59,628 nucleotides of DNA, filler included, from 6 parts of 6 records of this genome joined end to end with filler, not necessarily neighbours in it, one strand, 5' to 3'. Shown: positions 42,076-52,296, numbered from the whole stretch's first letter. Program-made: numbers and translations. Notes: generated by a model not told the origin, from the letters alone.

Positions 42076-43503
42076 ATGACTGACCAGAGCGAGAGCACGG
42101 GACGCTGGGCCGAAGTGTTCGGACCACGCTACGCGACCGTGACGCTGATCCTGTGTCTGGGCGTGGCGCTGCTGGCGTTTAATGTCTTCCTGACCTCGAC
42201 TGCGCTGCCGACTGCCGTTCAGGAGCTGAATGGGGTGGCGCTGATCAGTTGGGCGCTGACACTGTTTCTGGTGTTTGCCATTATGGGGGGCGCCGGAGCC
42301 GCCCTGCTCAAGCAATTGCTGGGCGCCCGAGTTGCGCTGCTGAGCGCGGCAGCAGTTTTCATGGCGGGATCGCTGGTCTGCGCCGGGGCCTCCAATATGG
42401 AGACCGTGCTGATCGGACGCATTCTGCAGGGGCTGGGCGAAGGCGTGGTCGCCGCGATCTGCTTTGCGCTGATACCCGAACTGTTCCCCTCCCGGCTGGT
42501 GCCCAAGGTGTTTGGCATGCAGGCCGTGGTCTGGGCAGTTGCCGCTTTTGGCGGGCCGTTGGGCGCGGGCATTCTGACCGAGTTCATTTCATGGCGGGCT
42601 GCGTTTTTGGTAAGCGTGCCGCTGGCGATCATTTTTGCCGCCATGGTTTGGCGCGTGGTGCCCAACAGCAAAGGAGCACCACAGGACAATGCTGACTTCC
42701 CCGGCGTTCGCCTGTTGATGGTGGGCAGCGGTATCATGCTGGTGGCACTGGCCAGCCTGAGTCTGCCCTTGCAGGCGGCTGGGCTACTGGTGGGTGCGAT
42801 GGCCCTGCTCTCAGGCATGGTCGTGCTGGACCGGCGTGCCCGCACCCGATTGATGCCGCCCGATGCGTTCTGGCCGGGCTCAGTAGTGGGGAGCGGGCTG
42901 TGGGTGGTATTGCTGATGCCCGTGGCTGGCGCCATGTCGGCGGTTTACCTGGTACTGTTGCTGCAGCAATTGTGGGGCTACGGGCCAACGCTGGCCGGCG
43001 CGACAGCGGCCGTGCTGTCGGTGGCATGGAGCCTGTCGGCCATTGCGGTGGCTAATGTGCGCCGGATCGAAACGCGGCGCGCGCTGATCATCAGCGGACC
43101 GATGCTGCTGGGCGTGGGTTTGCTGGCGGTGCTGGCGGGCCTGCTCAACGATCAGGTGGCGCTGGTTGTCGCCGGACAACTGTCCGTCGGGGCCGGGTTT
43201 GGGATGGCCAATGGCTATCTCAGCCTCACATTGATGGAAGCCGCGCGCAGCGGCGAACGCGACCGTGTGTCCGCCATGGTGCCGACCACCCAGTCGGCGG
43301 GTAATGCCATTGGCGCGGCGCTGGCGGGGGTAGCGGCCAATCTGGCTGGCTATGCCCAGGCGGTGAGCGTTACGGCAATCGAGCAGGCGATCATTCCGGT
43401 GTTCGTGCTGGCCGCCAGCATGGCAGCGTTGGGCTTTGTGGCCGCGGTGCGCATGACCCGGCTGATGGGCGCTTCACCCCAGTCGGCGGCGGTAACGCCC
43501 TAG
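42076..43503 (+). CDS. MFS transporter (14-TM type)
   Basis: GRILQGLGEG, FGGPLGAG, SWRAAF; many TM segments. Confidence 0.88.
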   Translation: MTDQSESTGRWAEVFGPRYATVTLILCLGVALLAFNVFLTSTALPTAVQELNGVALISWALTLFLVFAIMGGAGAALLKQLLGARVALLSAAAVFMAGSLVCAGASNMETVLIGRILQGLGEGVVAAICFALIPELFPSRLVPKVFGMQAVVWAVAAFGGPLGAGILTEFISWRAAFLVSVPLAIIFAAMVWRVVPNSKGAPQDNADFPGVRLLMVGSGIMLVALASLSLPLQAAGLLVGAMALLSGMVVLDRRARTRLMPPDAFWPGSVVGSGLWVVLLMPVAGAMSAVYLVLLLQQLWGYGPTLAGATAAVLSVAWSLSAIAVANVRRIETRRALIISGPMLLGVGLLAVLAGLLNDQVALVVAGQLSVGAGFGMANGYLSLTLMEAARSGERDRVSAMVPTTQSAGNAIGAALAGVAANLAGYAQAVSVTAIEQAIIPVFVLAASMAALGFVAAVRMTRLMGASPQSAAVTP

Positions 43504-43780
43504 CGTTTGCCGCGATTCACCAGAAAATGCTGCGGCGACAGGCGCGCGCGTACAAATACTGTTTTTTCGAATTTTCTGGCGCGCTCGAAAAACGGAAAAA
43601 ATACCAGATACTTAGTCGCCTCAGCGCAGACAAATGTCGCAACGATTAATGGTAGATGCGGAATTTATTCAATGGTTTCGAAATCATTTCCATCAACAAT
43701 GGGTTGGCCAGATGAAGCGTGACGCGCGCTTTGTCGACGATGTGAGATGGCGCTAACGAGCAGCGGAAGCGGAGTTTTTG

Positions 43781-44272
43781 ATGAGCACAGCAATGGAATT
43801 TGAGGTCGCCGAGCGCGGACAGGACAGCGTTCTCGCCGGTCCCGCCAACCAGTTCGTGACCTTTTCGGCTGGCGACAAGGGCTATGGCGTGGACATTATG
43901 GCGGTGCGCGAAATTCGCAGCTGGTCGCCGACCACCGAACTGCCTGATGGATCCTATTCGGCCTGTGGCGTGCTCGACATTCGCGGCACCGTGGTTGAAG
44001 TGCACGACCTTTCGGCCATGCTGGGCGGACAGCGCCTGCAGCCAGAACCCGGACATGTGGTGCTTGTGGTATCGCTGGGCGAAACCAATGTCGGCATTCT
44101 GGTGGATTCGGTTTCCGACATTATCTTTGCCAAGGACGATGAATTCCGCGCCGCCCCAAACAGCGGCGGTGATCCCGACAGCGCCAAGGTTTCGCGCCTG
44201 GTGCGCCAGGAAGACCGGCTGATCGCGATTTTGAACCTGCAGGCGCTCTTCCCCTACGCCAGCATGCACTGA
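43781..44272 (+). CDS. cheW: Chemotaxis adaptor CheW (orphan)
   Basis: FVTF..YGVDIMAVREIR, GVLDIRGTV, GILVDSVSDI. Confidence 0.9.
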   Translation: MSTAMEFEVAERGQDSVLAGPANQFVTFSAGDKGYGVDIMAVREIRSWSPTTELPDGSYSACGVLDIRGTVVEVHDLSAMLGGQRLQPEPGHVVLVVSLGETNVGILVDSVSDIIFAKDDEFRAAPNSGGDPDSAKVSRLVRQEDRLIAILNLQALFPYASMH

Positions 44273-44320
44273 TGAGGCGGGGCGGCTGATGCCGCCCGCC
44301 ACCATGCACCAGCGGACCGG

Positions 44321-44809
44321 CTATAGGCCGGGCCGCATCTTGTCGGCGCAGGCCGTGATTGCGGCGGTAAAGTCCGGTCCATTGATCTGCGCCTCGGTGA
44401 AGATGCAGGTGTGCTGCGGCGGCAGCCGAGACAAAATCATCATCTCCTCAATCGCCCGGCCGGGCGGGTACTTCGGACTGGTACCCGATGCCGTCACGAA
44501 CATTGCCAGGCGGGCATAGTGACGTCCATCGCGCCGCAGATAGCTGCGTATGGGCGGCGCAGGCCGCGCACCCCAGACCGGGGAACCCAGCACGATCATA
44601 TCCCAGACCTGATCGGCCTTTTCCGGAATCTCGACAGGCGGATTGCGCCCTGCCAGCACATCATAAGCCTTGCGGAACGGGCCCCAGAAGCCTTTTGCAT
44701 AGGCGCTACAGGTAATCTCGCACAGTTCGGCCCCCAACGCGCCCGCCAATGCCGTGGCAGCCTTACGGGTATTGCCAGTCGCCGAGTAGAACAGCACAAG
44801 CGTAGCCAT
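44321..44809 (-). CDS. Flavodoxin-like protein
   Basis: FYSATGNTRKAA; LGSPVW. Confidence 0.85.
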   Translation of the reverse strand: MATLVLFYSATGNTRKAATALAGALGAELCEITCSAYAKGFWGPFRKAYDVLAGRNPPVEIPEKADQVWDMIVLGSPVWGARPAPPIRSYLRRDGRHYARLAMFVTASGTSPKYPPGRAIEEMMILSRLPPQHTCIFTEAQINGPDFTAAITACADKMRPGL

Positions 44810-44907
44810 GGGCGTCTCCAGAATGCCCCGACAGGCTAGCGCATTGCAGCGCGACCGCGTTGATGCGGATCAAGCCAGTGGCCGTCTCGACAGGCCTGAC
44901 GGCGTCG

Positions 44908-46053
44908 CTAGACAGCGGCGTGGACGCCCGGCTCGGGCTTGCTGGCGCGCTTGTTCACATAAAGGGCCTGATCGGCCTGGTTGAACAGTTCCTCTGCCGT
45001 GCGCGCGCCGGTGGGGAAACGGGCACAACCAATCGAGCACCCGACCGAGAGCCGGTCGGCACAGACCTGCACCGGCGTGGTGACAGCGGCGTGGGCGCGT
45101 TGCACGCACTGGTCGGTGGAAAGGCCATCAAGCCGGATCAGCATGCCGAACTCGTCGCCGCCCAGGCGTGAGACCACCACATCGGCGCTGCACAACTTGT
45201 TGAGGCGATCACCAATGCCGGCCAGCAGGCGATCGCCGGCGGGGTGGCCGTAATTGTCGTTGATGGGTTTGAACTGATCGAAGTCGAGCAGGACCAGGGT
45301 GAACCGGGCATCATCGGCAATCCAGCGGCGCAGTTCTGCAAAAAAATGGCGGCGATTGGTCAGCCCGGTCAGCGCATCGGTATTGGCAAGACGCTCGTTT
45401 TCCGCATTGAGCTTTTCCACCTCATCATGGCGCGCGGTGATCTCGGTGCGCGCGCGGATCATGGTGGTAAAGGTATCAAAGGCGCGGAACAGCACCTTCA
45501 TCATCACCAGCACCACCAGCACCACATTGAGCGAGATGGCAAAGAACACCTGATCGACCCCGACATAGGCGTAGTAGCCGACATAAACCGGGGTCACCAC
45601 GAGCACGACCATGGTAGCCGCCTGGGGCAGATGCATCAGGCAGAACATGCTGCAGATGACGGTAGTGGCAATAAAAATAGCGGAATAGGCGTGCTCATGG
45701 GCGGTGCCATAGCCGTCGAGCAGCATGGCCCAGCCGATGAACAACACGGCCATTACGCCCGAAAGCCAGATGGTGCGGCGCAGATGGCGCAGCACATCGT
45801 CCTCGGATATTTCGAGCGCGCGCAGGCGTATCCAGAAGGGAATGCGCGACAGGCAGACTGCGGCGACGAAGGCCAGCGTCCCCAGGGTCATCCAGAGCGG
45901 CGCGAAATCGAAATAGGTCCAGGCCAGCAGCGCGGCACTTGAGATCAGCAGGCTATAGAGCAGGGGCAGATGGTTCTGCAGCTCCTGCAATTGTGCCCGG
46001 GCAATGGTCATATCTGCGTCGGCAAATGTGAGCCAAGTGATCAGTCTACGCAT
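44908..46053 (-). CDS. Membrane-bound diguanylate cyclase
   Basis: Several TM segments; DALTGLTNRR, FKPINDNYGH, RLGGDEF. Confidence 0.9.
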   Translation of the reverse strand: MRRLITWLTFADADMTIARAQLQELQNHLPLLYSLLISSAALLAWTYFDFAPLWMTLGTLAFVAAVCLSRIPFWIRLRALEISEDDVLRHLRRTIWLSGVMAVLFIGWAMLLDGYGTAHEHAYSAIFIATTVICSMFCLMHLPQAATMVVLVVTPVYVGYYAYVGVDQVFFAISLNVVLVVLVMMKVLFRAFDTFTTMIRARTEITARHDEVEKLNAENERLANTDALTGLTNRRHFFAELRRWIADDARFTLVLLDFDQFKPINDNYGHPAGDRLLAGIGDRLNKLCSADVVVSRLGGDEFGMLIRLDGLSTDQCVQRAHAAVTTPVQVCADRLSVGCSIGCARFPTGARTAEELFNQADQALYVNKRASKPEPGVHAAV

Positions 46054-46146
46054 GCCATGTCTTCTCCCAAGCCCGATTGTGCGCGGCAGCGATTAAGACG
46101 AGCTTACAGCGGGGCTGCAAAACCATGGCAAGGCCGGTTTGCGCAC

Positions 46147-46177
46147 AAAAAAAGGGCGGTAGCCAATGCCACCGCCC
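46147..46177 (-). terminator. Rho-independent terminator after the peroxiredoxin gene
   Basis: GGGCGGT..ACCGCCC stem followed by a T7 run on the minus strand. Confidence 0.7.
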
Positions 46178-46212
46178 AGTATCGTCAGGGAGAAAACTGT
46201 GCGCCGTCGCGA

Positions 46213-46528
46213 TCAATCGCGGGGCTGAGGAACAATGCGCAGATAGGGCTTGAGTTCCTTCCAGCCCTCGGGGAATTTCGCCTTGGCCGCATCATTGCTG
46301 ACGGCAGGGACGATGATGACGTCGTCGCCGTTCTCCCAGTTCACCGGGGTGGCGACCTGATGCTTGGCGGTCAACTGCAGGCTGTCGATGACGCGCAGGA
46401 CTTCATTGAAGTTGCGGCCCGTCGATGCCGGATACTCGATCTTGAGCTTGACCTTCTTGTCGGGCCCGATGACGAAGACCGAGCGCACGGTCAGCGAGTT
46501 GTCGGCATTGGGGTGGATCATGTCGTAC
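46213..46528 (-). CDS. 1-Cys peroxiredoxin (Prx6), C-terminal fragment
   Basis: TVRSVFVIGPDKK, YPASTGRNFNEVLRVIDSLQL, ATPVNW. Confidence 0.9.
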
Positions 46529-46628
46529 NNNNNNNNNNNNNNNNNNNNNNNNNNNNNNNNNNNNNNNNNNNNTTAATTAATTAANNNNNNNNNNNNNNNN
46601 NNNNNNNNNNNNNNNNNNNNNNNNNNNN
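46529..46628. other. Artificial contig linker
   Basis: 100-nt N/TTAATTAATTAA spacer. Confidence 0.98.
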
Positions 46629-47054
46629 GCCCGTCTTGCGGGTGATGTGATAGCGCATAGACATGCGGTGGATATGGGTAAAGGTTTCAAGCGCGAGTGC
46701 CCGCAACGCCCTCTGCCCGACACGGGCAAAGACCCCGTCGCGCAGCTGTTGAAACCCGACGTTCATCAGCCGCGCCACACCATAGGCAACCGTGAGCGCT
46801 ACCGCCCCCAGGGCCAGATCCGGCACCTGCCCCCCCAGCCTGTCGACGGCGGCCTTGTAGATCAGCGGCGTACCCACCGCGATCAGTTTGGCCACCAGCA
46901 AAAGCGCCATCGACAACGTCACCCGATGGCGCACCCACGGCGTATCATGCGGCCAGAGATATGGCGCAACCCGGCGGATCGTGCGCCAGCCAGAGGCCCG
47001 CTCTTCCTGAACAAGGGCCGCATTATTCACATCGTCTGAAGCGTCTGGCGGCAT
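46629..47054 (-). CDS. ATM1/ABCB-type ABC transporter, N-terminal fragment
   Basis: RRVAPYLWP, FQQLRDGVFARVGQRALR, SMRYHITRKTG. Confidence 0.85.
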
Positions 47055-47183
47055 CGTTTGTCCCTGCTCTGTGCACCGGGGAGATAGACCGCGACCACCG
47101 GAATGGCCAGTGCCCCGCCCCCACCGCCCTGCCCCAGCGGGGCACGCGGCGCCGCAGGACTCTGTCAGGTCAACACCCTCAGG

Positions 47184-47245
47184 TTTCATCTGTCCATAAA
47201 TACTCGGGGGGAGTCGCCCGTCCGAGCGAGGGGTGAAACGCCCCT
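47184..47245. repeat. Intergenic repeat element of Rhodobacteraceae type
   Basis: TTTCATCTGTCCATAAATACTC-GGGGG.. followed by short hairpins; resembles the elements at 56920 and 59585. Confidence 0.5.
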
Positions 47246-47265
47246 GCCCGAGGTCGCAATTTGCC

Positions 47266-49167
47266 CTAGTCAGGGATGGTGAACACCTGTCCAGGATAGA
47301 TCAGGTCCGGATTGCGGATGGCGTCGCGATTGGCCTCAAAGACGCGGACATAGGACGTACCTTCGCCATAACGGTCCCGCGCAATGGCCCAGAGCGTGTT
47401 GCCTGGCTGCACGGTGATGGCGCGAACGGCGGCAGATCCCGCTGCCTCCTCTGCCGCGGCGTCGAGCAATCGCTGCGCTTCGCGCAAAAAGGGGCTTTCG
47501 ACGCGGGATGTCACCGTGCCGCGCGGGTCCAGCTGATCAACACGCAGCTGGTAGGTGCCGCTCTTCACATCCTGCAGGGTCGCGCGCCAACGGCCGTCCG
47601 GCTGGATCGGTGCCGTGCTTATGGGCCGGTTGTCCAGATAGATCCGCACCGACTCGGTGCCTTTGCCGCGTCCGGTCAGAACCACACCGCCGTCGGCCTC
47701 ATAAGTGATCGCGTCAAGCGCGACCTCGGCCAGGGCGACGGGCCGTGCAGACGGGTCGGTCGGCGGCTGCAGCACGTCGATCCCGGCCTGGTTAGACAGG
47801 ATCACCGCCGGCGCCCGGGCTGGAACCGGTGCCGTTGGTGGTGCGGGCGCAACGGGGTCTGCGTCGCGGGCCACGGCCATGGCCGGTGCCTCTGGCGCGC
47901 CTGTGGCTGCTACCGGCAGGGGTGTTACGCCTATGGCCACGAGGGCGCCTACAGGGTCAGGTTTGGTGATTCCGCTGTCAGCCGCTGTAATCGCCGGGGT
48001 TGCGGTCTGTTCGGGCGAGGTGGCCTGCACAGCTTGGAGCACGGTTCCGGGGACGGCCTGCCCCGGGTCTGCCTGTCCGGCTTCGGGGGCGATAGTCCCC
48101 TCTGACGGCTCTGCCGCGTCAAGGGTGCCTGTGACAGGCGGGGCTGGTTCCGGCCTCAGGCCCGCGACGGTCATGTCGCCCGTATCAGCACTGGTCGATT
48201 GGGATTCAGGCGTGGCCTGCGCGAGTTCGGATGAGTCCGAAGACGCGGGTTGCGGCGATGTGATGTCGGCGGACCCAGTCGCCACTTCGGTTTCCGCTTC
48301 CGGCCCGGTGGCCACGGACGCGGCGGAACGCTGCCCTTCGCTTAGGAGCGTTACCGCTGCATCACCGGGAATTTCGGCGCGCGCGATCGCGGACGGCGCG
48401 GGCGTGCCTGCGACACTTGTGATGTCCTGGAATGATTGCGCGGCCCCTGCTGTGTTGCCGGATGGCGCGGGCACAGGTGCGCCGCTATCGGGCTGTTGCA
48501 CCGCGTTGCTAAGGGCGACCGCTAGGCTGGGCGCAAGGATAACCTCGTCCAGCGACAGGCGCGGCCCCGTTGCTGACGGCGACCGCAGGCTGATTACGCG
48601 GGCCAGGTCGCTGGCAGGAAGGCTTAGGAACATCACGAACCGTCCATCGGCATCGGCCCGCGTGGTTTCTGCAAGGATGCCGTCCACCAGCACGTCGATG
48701 ACGGTGTCAGGTTCGCCCACCCCGGCAACAAGGGTTTCGCCGTCCTGCTGAACGCGCACGATGTCAAAGCTGGGCAGACGCAGGTCTGTCCCGCCCGGGT
48801 CAATCTGTGCATCACTGCTGGCGGCGGGGGCCGTTTCGGCCTGGGGTTCGGAAGTGGGGGCCGGGGTCGGTTGCGCCGGCGCATCGGCGCGGGCGGTTGC
48901 TTCGGGGACATGGTCTGTAACCTCGGTCACCGGACCGGCAACAGGTTCATCCGTTGCGGGCGCGGAAACAGGCGAGGACGCAAGTTCAGAAACGGTTGTA
49001 GACGCTGGGACCGGACCGCCGTCTGGCAGCGTGGCGGCGTCATCGCCCCCGGTGTCCAAGATCGCGGACCGGCTCAGGAACAGCATGCCAGCGAGCATGA
49101 TGGCCAGCGCCGCCGTCGCACCCAATGCGACACCAGCCGCGCCCTGAAATTTTCTATGTCCGGTCAT
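47266..49167 (-). CDS. LysM peptidoglycan-binding protein with Ig-like domains and Ala/Pro/Thr-rich linkers
   Basis: C-terminal ITVQPGNTLWAIARDRYGEG...IRNPDLIYPGQVFTIP; N-terminal TM. Confidence 0.88.
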   Translation of the reverse strand: MTGHRKFQGAAGVALGATAALAIMLAGMLFLSRSAILDTGGDDAATLPDGGPVPASTTVSELASSPVSAPATDEPVAGPVTEVTDHVPEATARADAPAQPTPAPTSEPQAETAPAASSDAQIDPGGTDLRLPSFDIVRVQQDGETLVAGVGEPDTVIDVLVDGILAETTRADADGRFVMFLSLPASDLARVISLRSPSATGPRLSLDEVILAPSLAVALSNAVQQPDSGAPVPAPSGNTAGAAQSFQDITSVAGTPAPSAIARAEIPGDAAVTLLSEGQRSAASVATGPEAETEVATGSADITSPQPASSDSSELAQATPESQSTSADTGDMTVAGLRPEPAPPVTGTLDAAEPSEGTIAPEAGQADPGQAVPGTVLQAVQATSPEQTATPAITAADSGITKPDPVGALVAIGVTPLPVAATGAPEAPAMAVARDADPVAPAPPTAPVPARAPAVILSNQAGIDVLQPPTDPSARPVALAEVALDAITYEADGGVVLTGRGKGTESVRIYLDNRPISTAPIQPDGRWRATLQDVKSGTYQLRVDQLDPRGTVTSRVESPFLREAQRLLDAAAEEAAGSAAVRAITVQPGNTLWAIARDRYGEGTSYVRVFEANRDAIRNPDLIYPGQVFTIPD

Positions 49168-49277
49168 GTGGTCCCTTTTGCCCCGCCTTAACCCGGGCTG
49201 CGGCGCCCTGTACGGTTGAGAGTGTATAACAAGGGCGTTAACAGCGGTCAAAACGCCAAATTCAGTCAGGATCCCCC

Positions 49278-49829
49278 ATGTCCATCAAATCCATCTGTGT
49301 CTATTGTGGCAGCCGTTCCGGTGCAAATCCCGCCTTTTCACAAGAGGCCGAGGCCCTGGGGCGCGGCATCGCGCAGGCAGGCTGGCGTCTGGTCTATGGG
49401 GCGGGTGATGTTGGCCTGATGGGCGTGGTCGCGCGCGCAGCGCAGGATGCGGGGGCGGACACCTTTGGCGTCATCCCCGAACATCTACTGAAATGGGAGG
49501 TGGGCAAAACCGACCTGACCCGGTTCATTGTCACCGAAACGATGCACGAACGCAAAAAAGTCATGTTGATGAACGCCGACGCCATCGTGGTTATGCCAGG
49601 CGGTGCCGGGTCGCTTGACGAATTCTTTGAGGTGCTGACATGGCGACAGCTGGGCCTGCATGACAAACCAATCGTGCTGATGAACGTAGCAGGATACTGG
49701 GACCCGCTGCGTGGCCTGATCGATCATGTGGTCGCACAGGGTTTTGCCGATGAAAGCCTGAAAGGCTTTGTTCAGAGCGAAGCCTGCGCCGCGAGCGTTC
49801 TTGACGCCCTGCGCCGCACGCTTTCCTGA
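49278..49829 (+). CDS. LOG family protein (TIGR00730-type Rossmann fold)
   Basis: ICVYCGS, LVYGAG, MHERK, PGGAGSLDE. Confidence 0.92.
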   Translation: MSIKSICVYCGSRSGANPAFSQEAEALGRGIAQAGWRLVYGAGDVGLMGVVARAAQDAGADTFGVIPEHLLKWEVGKTDLTRFIVTETMHERKKVMLMNADAIVVMPGGAGSLDEFFEVLTWRQLGLHDKPIVLMNVAGYWDPLRGLIDHVVAQGFADESLKGFVQSEACAASVLDALRRTLS

Positions 49830-50686
49830 CGCAGGGAGGCGGCGGTGTAGAGCCCGAGCGCCGTCCAGATCAGCCCAAAGGCCACGGCATCCACCATTCC
49901 GAAGGCTTCGCCGAAAATCACCACGGCGCAAAAGAACTGCAACGTCGGGTTAAGGTATTGCACCAGTCCGATGGTGGCCATCGTCACCCGCTGTGCGGCG
50001 TAGGTGAACAGGATAAGCGGCAACCCTGTCAACACACCCGAAAACACTAGCAGCGAGGTGGTGGCAATATCCTGGCCGAACACGCCGCCCTCGCCATTGT
50101 GAGTATGCCACAGCCAGCCCAACGCCAGCGGAGTCAGCAACAGCACCTCGGCAGTGACGGACACAAGCGGGCCGACGGTGACACGCTTCTTGACCAGACT
50201 ATAAAGGCCAAAGGTCAGCGCGATCCCCAGCGAAATCCAGGGCGTCACCCCGGCCGAAACCGACAGTATCAGAACTGCGGTTGTGGCCAGCCCAACGGCC
50301 AGCCCCTGCGCGGTGCCCAGTCGTTCGTCAAAGGCCAACATGCCCAACAGCACGGCCACCAGTGGATAGATGTAATACCCCAGCGATGCCTCGGCTGTAT
50401 GACCGCTTTGAACCGAATAGATGAACAGAAACCAGTTCGAAGAAATCATAAGCGCTGCAAAGCCCAGCGCCACCACGCCCCGAGGCGTTCCCAGCGCATG
50501 GCGTAACCGCCCCAGACGGCCCTGCACCAACAATACAACGGCGAAGAAAACCCCTGACCACAGCGTGCGATGGGACAGCACCTCGAGCGGTGGCACATCG
50601 GCCAGCATCTTGTAATAGAGCGGCGACAGACCCCAGACAGTGCAGCTTGCCACCATTGCAAACACTCCGGCGCGGGCAGAGTGCAT
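49772..50686 (-). CDS. rarD: RarD (EamA family) transporter
   Basis: WGLSPLYY, HRTLWS, SLGYYIYPL, QYLNPTLQF; 3' end overlaps the LOG gene. Confidence 0.88.
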   Translation of the reverse strand: MHSARAGVFAMVASCTVWGLSPLYYKMLADVPPLEVLSHRTLWSGVFFAVVLLVQGRLGRLRHALGTPRGVVALGFAALMISSNWFLFIYSVQSGHTAEASLGYYIYPLVAVLLGMLAFDERLGTAQGLAVGLATTAVLILSVSAGVTPWISLGIALTFGLYSLVKKRVTVGPLVSVTAEVLLLTPLALGWLWHTHNGEGGVFGQDIATTSLLVFSGVLTGLPLILFTYAAQRVTMATIGLVQYLNPTLQFFCAVVIFGEAFGMVDAVAFGLIWTALGLYTAASLRQESVRRRASRTLAAQASL

Positions 50687-50774
50687 GAGGATACTTTCGG
50701 CGGCGATGCTTCGGTGCGCGGGTTCTAGCGCGCGGTCGCGGGCGCAGCAAGGCGCTGCGCCACGCGGCACGTCA

Positions 50775-51230
50775 TCAATTTGCCAGATAGTCGCGCAACA
50801 GATGTTCGATTTTATCGAGGGGATGGTTCGTAAGGGTTTTGTCGACCTCGGCCACGACGCGCGATGATACCTCGCTGTGCAGTTTTTTGCGCATTTCGCC
50901 CAGAATGTTAGGCGGAGCGACCAGAACGATACGGTCGAATGCGCCCCTATGGGCCAGTTTGTACAGCTTATCGGCCAGATCGTCAGCAAACCGTTCCTTG
51001 GCCAGTTCGTGCCAGTCGGTGTCCGCCAGCGCCGACTTTTGCCCTGGACCGTTGTCGGCCATCCGCCCCGGGCGGTTGGCCGATTGCTCGCGGTCCGACG
51101 GATTTTCCTGCGTCTCAATGCGCATCACGTTCAGGTCGGGGTTCATTTCGTCCAGGTCATTGCGCAGGAACAGCGCCTTTTCACCGTCCGCCACCAACAC
51201 CCATGTGCCGCCCGTCAGGATCGCCATCAC
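50775..51230 (-). CDS. Host attachment protein family (baeRF12, aeRF1-like domain)
   Basis: TWVLVADGEKALFLRN, RPGR, IVLVAPPNILGEMRK, EVDKTLTNHP. Confidence 0.85.
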   Translation of the reverse strand: MMAILTGGTWVLVADGEKALFLRNDLDEMNPDLNVMRIETQENPSDREQSANRPGRMADNGPGQKSALADTDWHELAKERFADDLADKLYKLAHRGAFDRIVLVAPPNILGEMRKKLHSEVSSRVVAEVDKTLTNHPLDKIEHLLRDYLAN

Positions 51231-51457
51231 ACCTTCTCCTTATCGCCGCTGCTATTCTTGTCCTGCCCCAAGGCGCGCGTGGCCCCGACCGAGGTTTCAT
51301 CGAACCGCTTGCCTTCGTCCCGGGTGCCGACCTTGCGCTGAAGTTCGCCGCCACTGCGACCCTGATGCGCGGGGCCGTCTGCGGCCTCCTCGGGCGATTG
51401 ACCAAGCACTTCTTGGGTTTCGCTGCGCCCGTCTTTGGATCTGTGACGCTCTGCCAT
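51227..51457 (-). CDS. Small hydrophilic stress-type protein (76 aa)
   Basis: AAGGAG RBS; QGRSGGELQRKVGTRDE motif; overlaps the next start codon. Confidence 0.7.
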   Translation of the reverse strand: MAERHRSKDGRSETQEVLGQSPEEAADGPAHQGRSGGELQRKVGTRDEGKRFDETSVGATRALGQDKNSSGDKEKV

Positions 51458-51486
51458 GTCATCTCTCCTTGATTGTTCAGTGACTT

Positions 51487-51511
51487 AACGCAGGCAGGCC
51501 GGTGGCGTTCC
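51487..51511 (-). promoter_or_regulatory. EcfG (general stress sigma factor) promoter
   Basis: Minus strand GGAAC-N16-CGTT, the alphaproteobacterial EcfG consensus, 30 nt upstream of the ATG. Confidence 0.8.
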
Positions 51512-51532
51512 CGCACGGGTTCGGGTAAGATG

Positions 51533-51570
51533 CAAAAACGCCCCGCAAAACCATGCGGGGCGTTTTAAAA
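51533..51570. terminator. Terminator after sod
   Basis: AAAACGCCCCGCA-loop-TGCGGGGCGTTTT. Confidence 0.8.
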
Positions 51571-51595
51571 CTCAGCAGCCTGGTGGCCGGATAGC

Positions 51596-52204
51596 TCAGG
51601 CCTTGGACAGGCGCTCGGCCACGTTTTCCCAGTTCACGAGGTTGTCGAGGAAGTTCGTGAGATAGGCGGGACGCTTGTTGCGGAAATCGATGTAGTAGGA
51701 ATGTTCCCACACATCGCAGCCCAGCAGCGCGGTCTGGCCAAAGCACAGCGGGTTCACGCCGTTTTCGGTTTTGGTGATCTTGAGGGTACCGTCGCCGTCA
51801 ACGACCAGCCATGCCCAGCCAGAGCCGAACTGTCCGGCACCCGCAGCTGCAAAATCATCCTTGAACTTTTCAACCGAACCGAACGCTTCGGTCAGGCGGC
51901 TTTCCAGTTCGGACGGCATTGCATGCGACCCCGGGCCCATCATTTCCCAGAACTGGGTGTGGTTCCAGTGCTGCGAGGCGTTGTTAAAGATGCCGGACTG
52001 CGCGACGGCGCCTGCATCATAGGTGCCCTTGACGATCTCTTCGACCGACTTGCCGTCCCACTCGGTTCCGGCAATCAGCTTTGAGCCGTTGTCGACATAG
52101 GCCTTGTGGTGGACGTCGTGGTGGAACTCGAGCGTTTCCTTGGACATGCCTTTGCTGGCAAGCGCGTCATGTGCATAGGGAAGATCGGGAAGTTCAAAAG
52201 CCAT
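51596..52204 (-). CDS. sodB: Fe/Mn superoxide dismutase
   Basis: FELPDLPY, HHDVHH, QFGSGWAWL, DVWEHSYY. Confidence 0.93.
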   Translation of the reverse strand: MAFELPDLPYAHDALASKGMSKETLEFHHDVHHKAYVDNGSKLIAGTEWDGKSVEEIVKGTYDAGAVAQSGIFNNASQHWNHTQFWEMMGPGSHAMPSELESRLTEAFGSVEKFKDDFAAAGAGQFGSGWAWLVVDGDGTLKITKTENGVNPLCFGQTALLGCDVWEHSYYIDFRNKRPAYLTNFLDNLVNWENVAERLSKA

Positions 52205-52296
52205 CGTGTGACCCCTCTCATGTTTTGAAATCGCTGTGTGTTACCTGATGCCTTGCGGCACGGACGTCAAGGCCGTGGTACTGCACCGCTGATGGA

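Noticed and set aside
47700-49000. Ala/Pro/Thr-rich low-complexity region and antisense ORF 47705..48751
   Set aside because: Ordinary flexible linkers of the LysM protein; no true tandem repeat
49772-49829. 58-nt convergent overlap of LOG and rarD, and shorter overlaps at 22528, 25680 and 40144
   Set aside because: Short 3' overlaps are common in GC-rich genomes; no sign of special function
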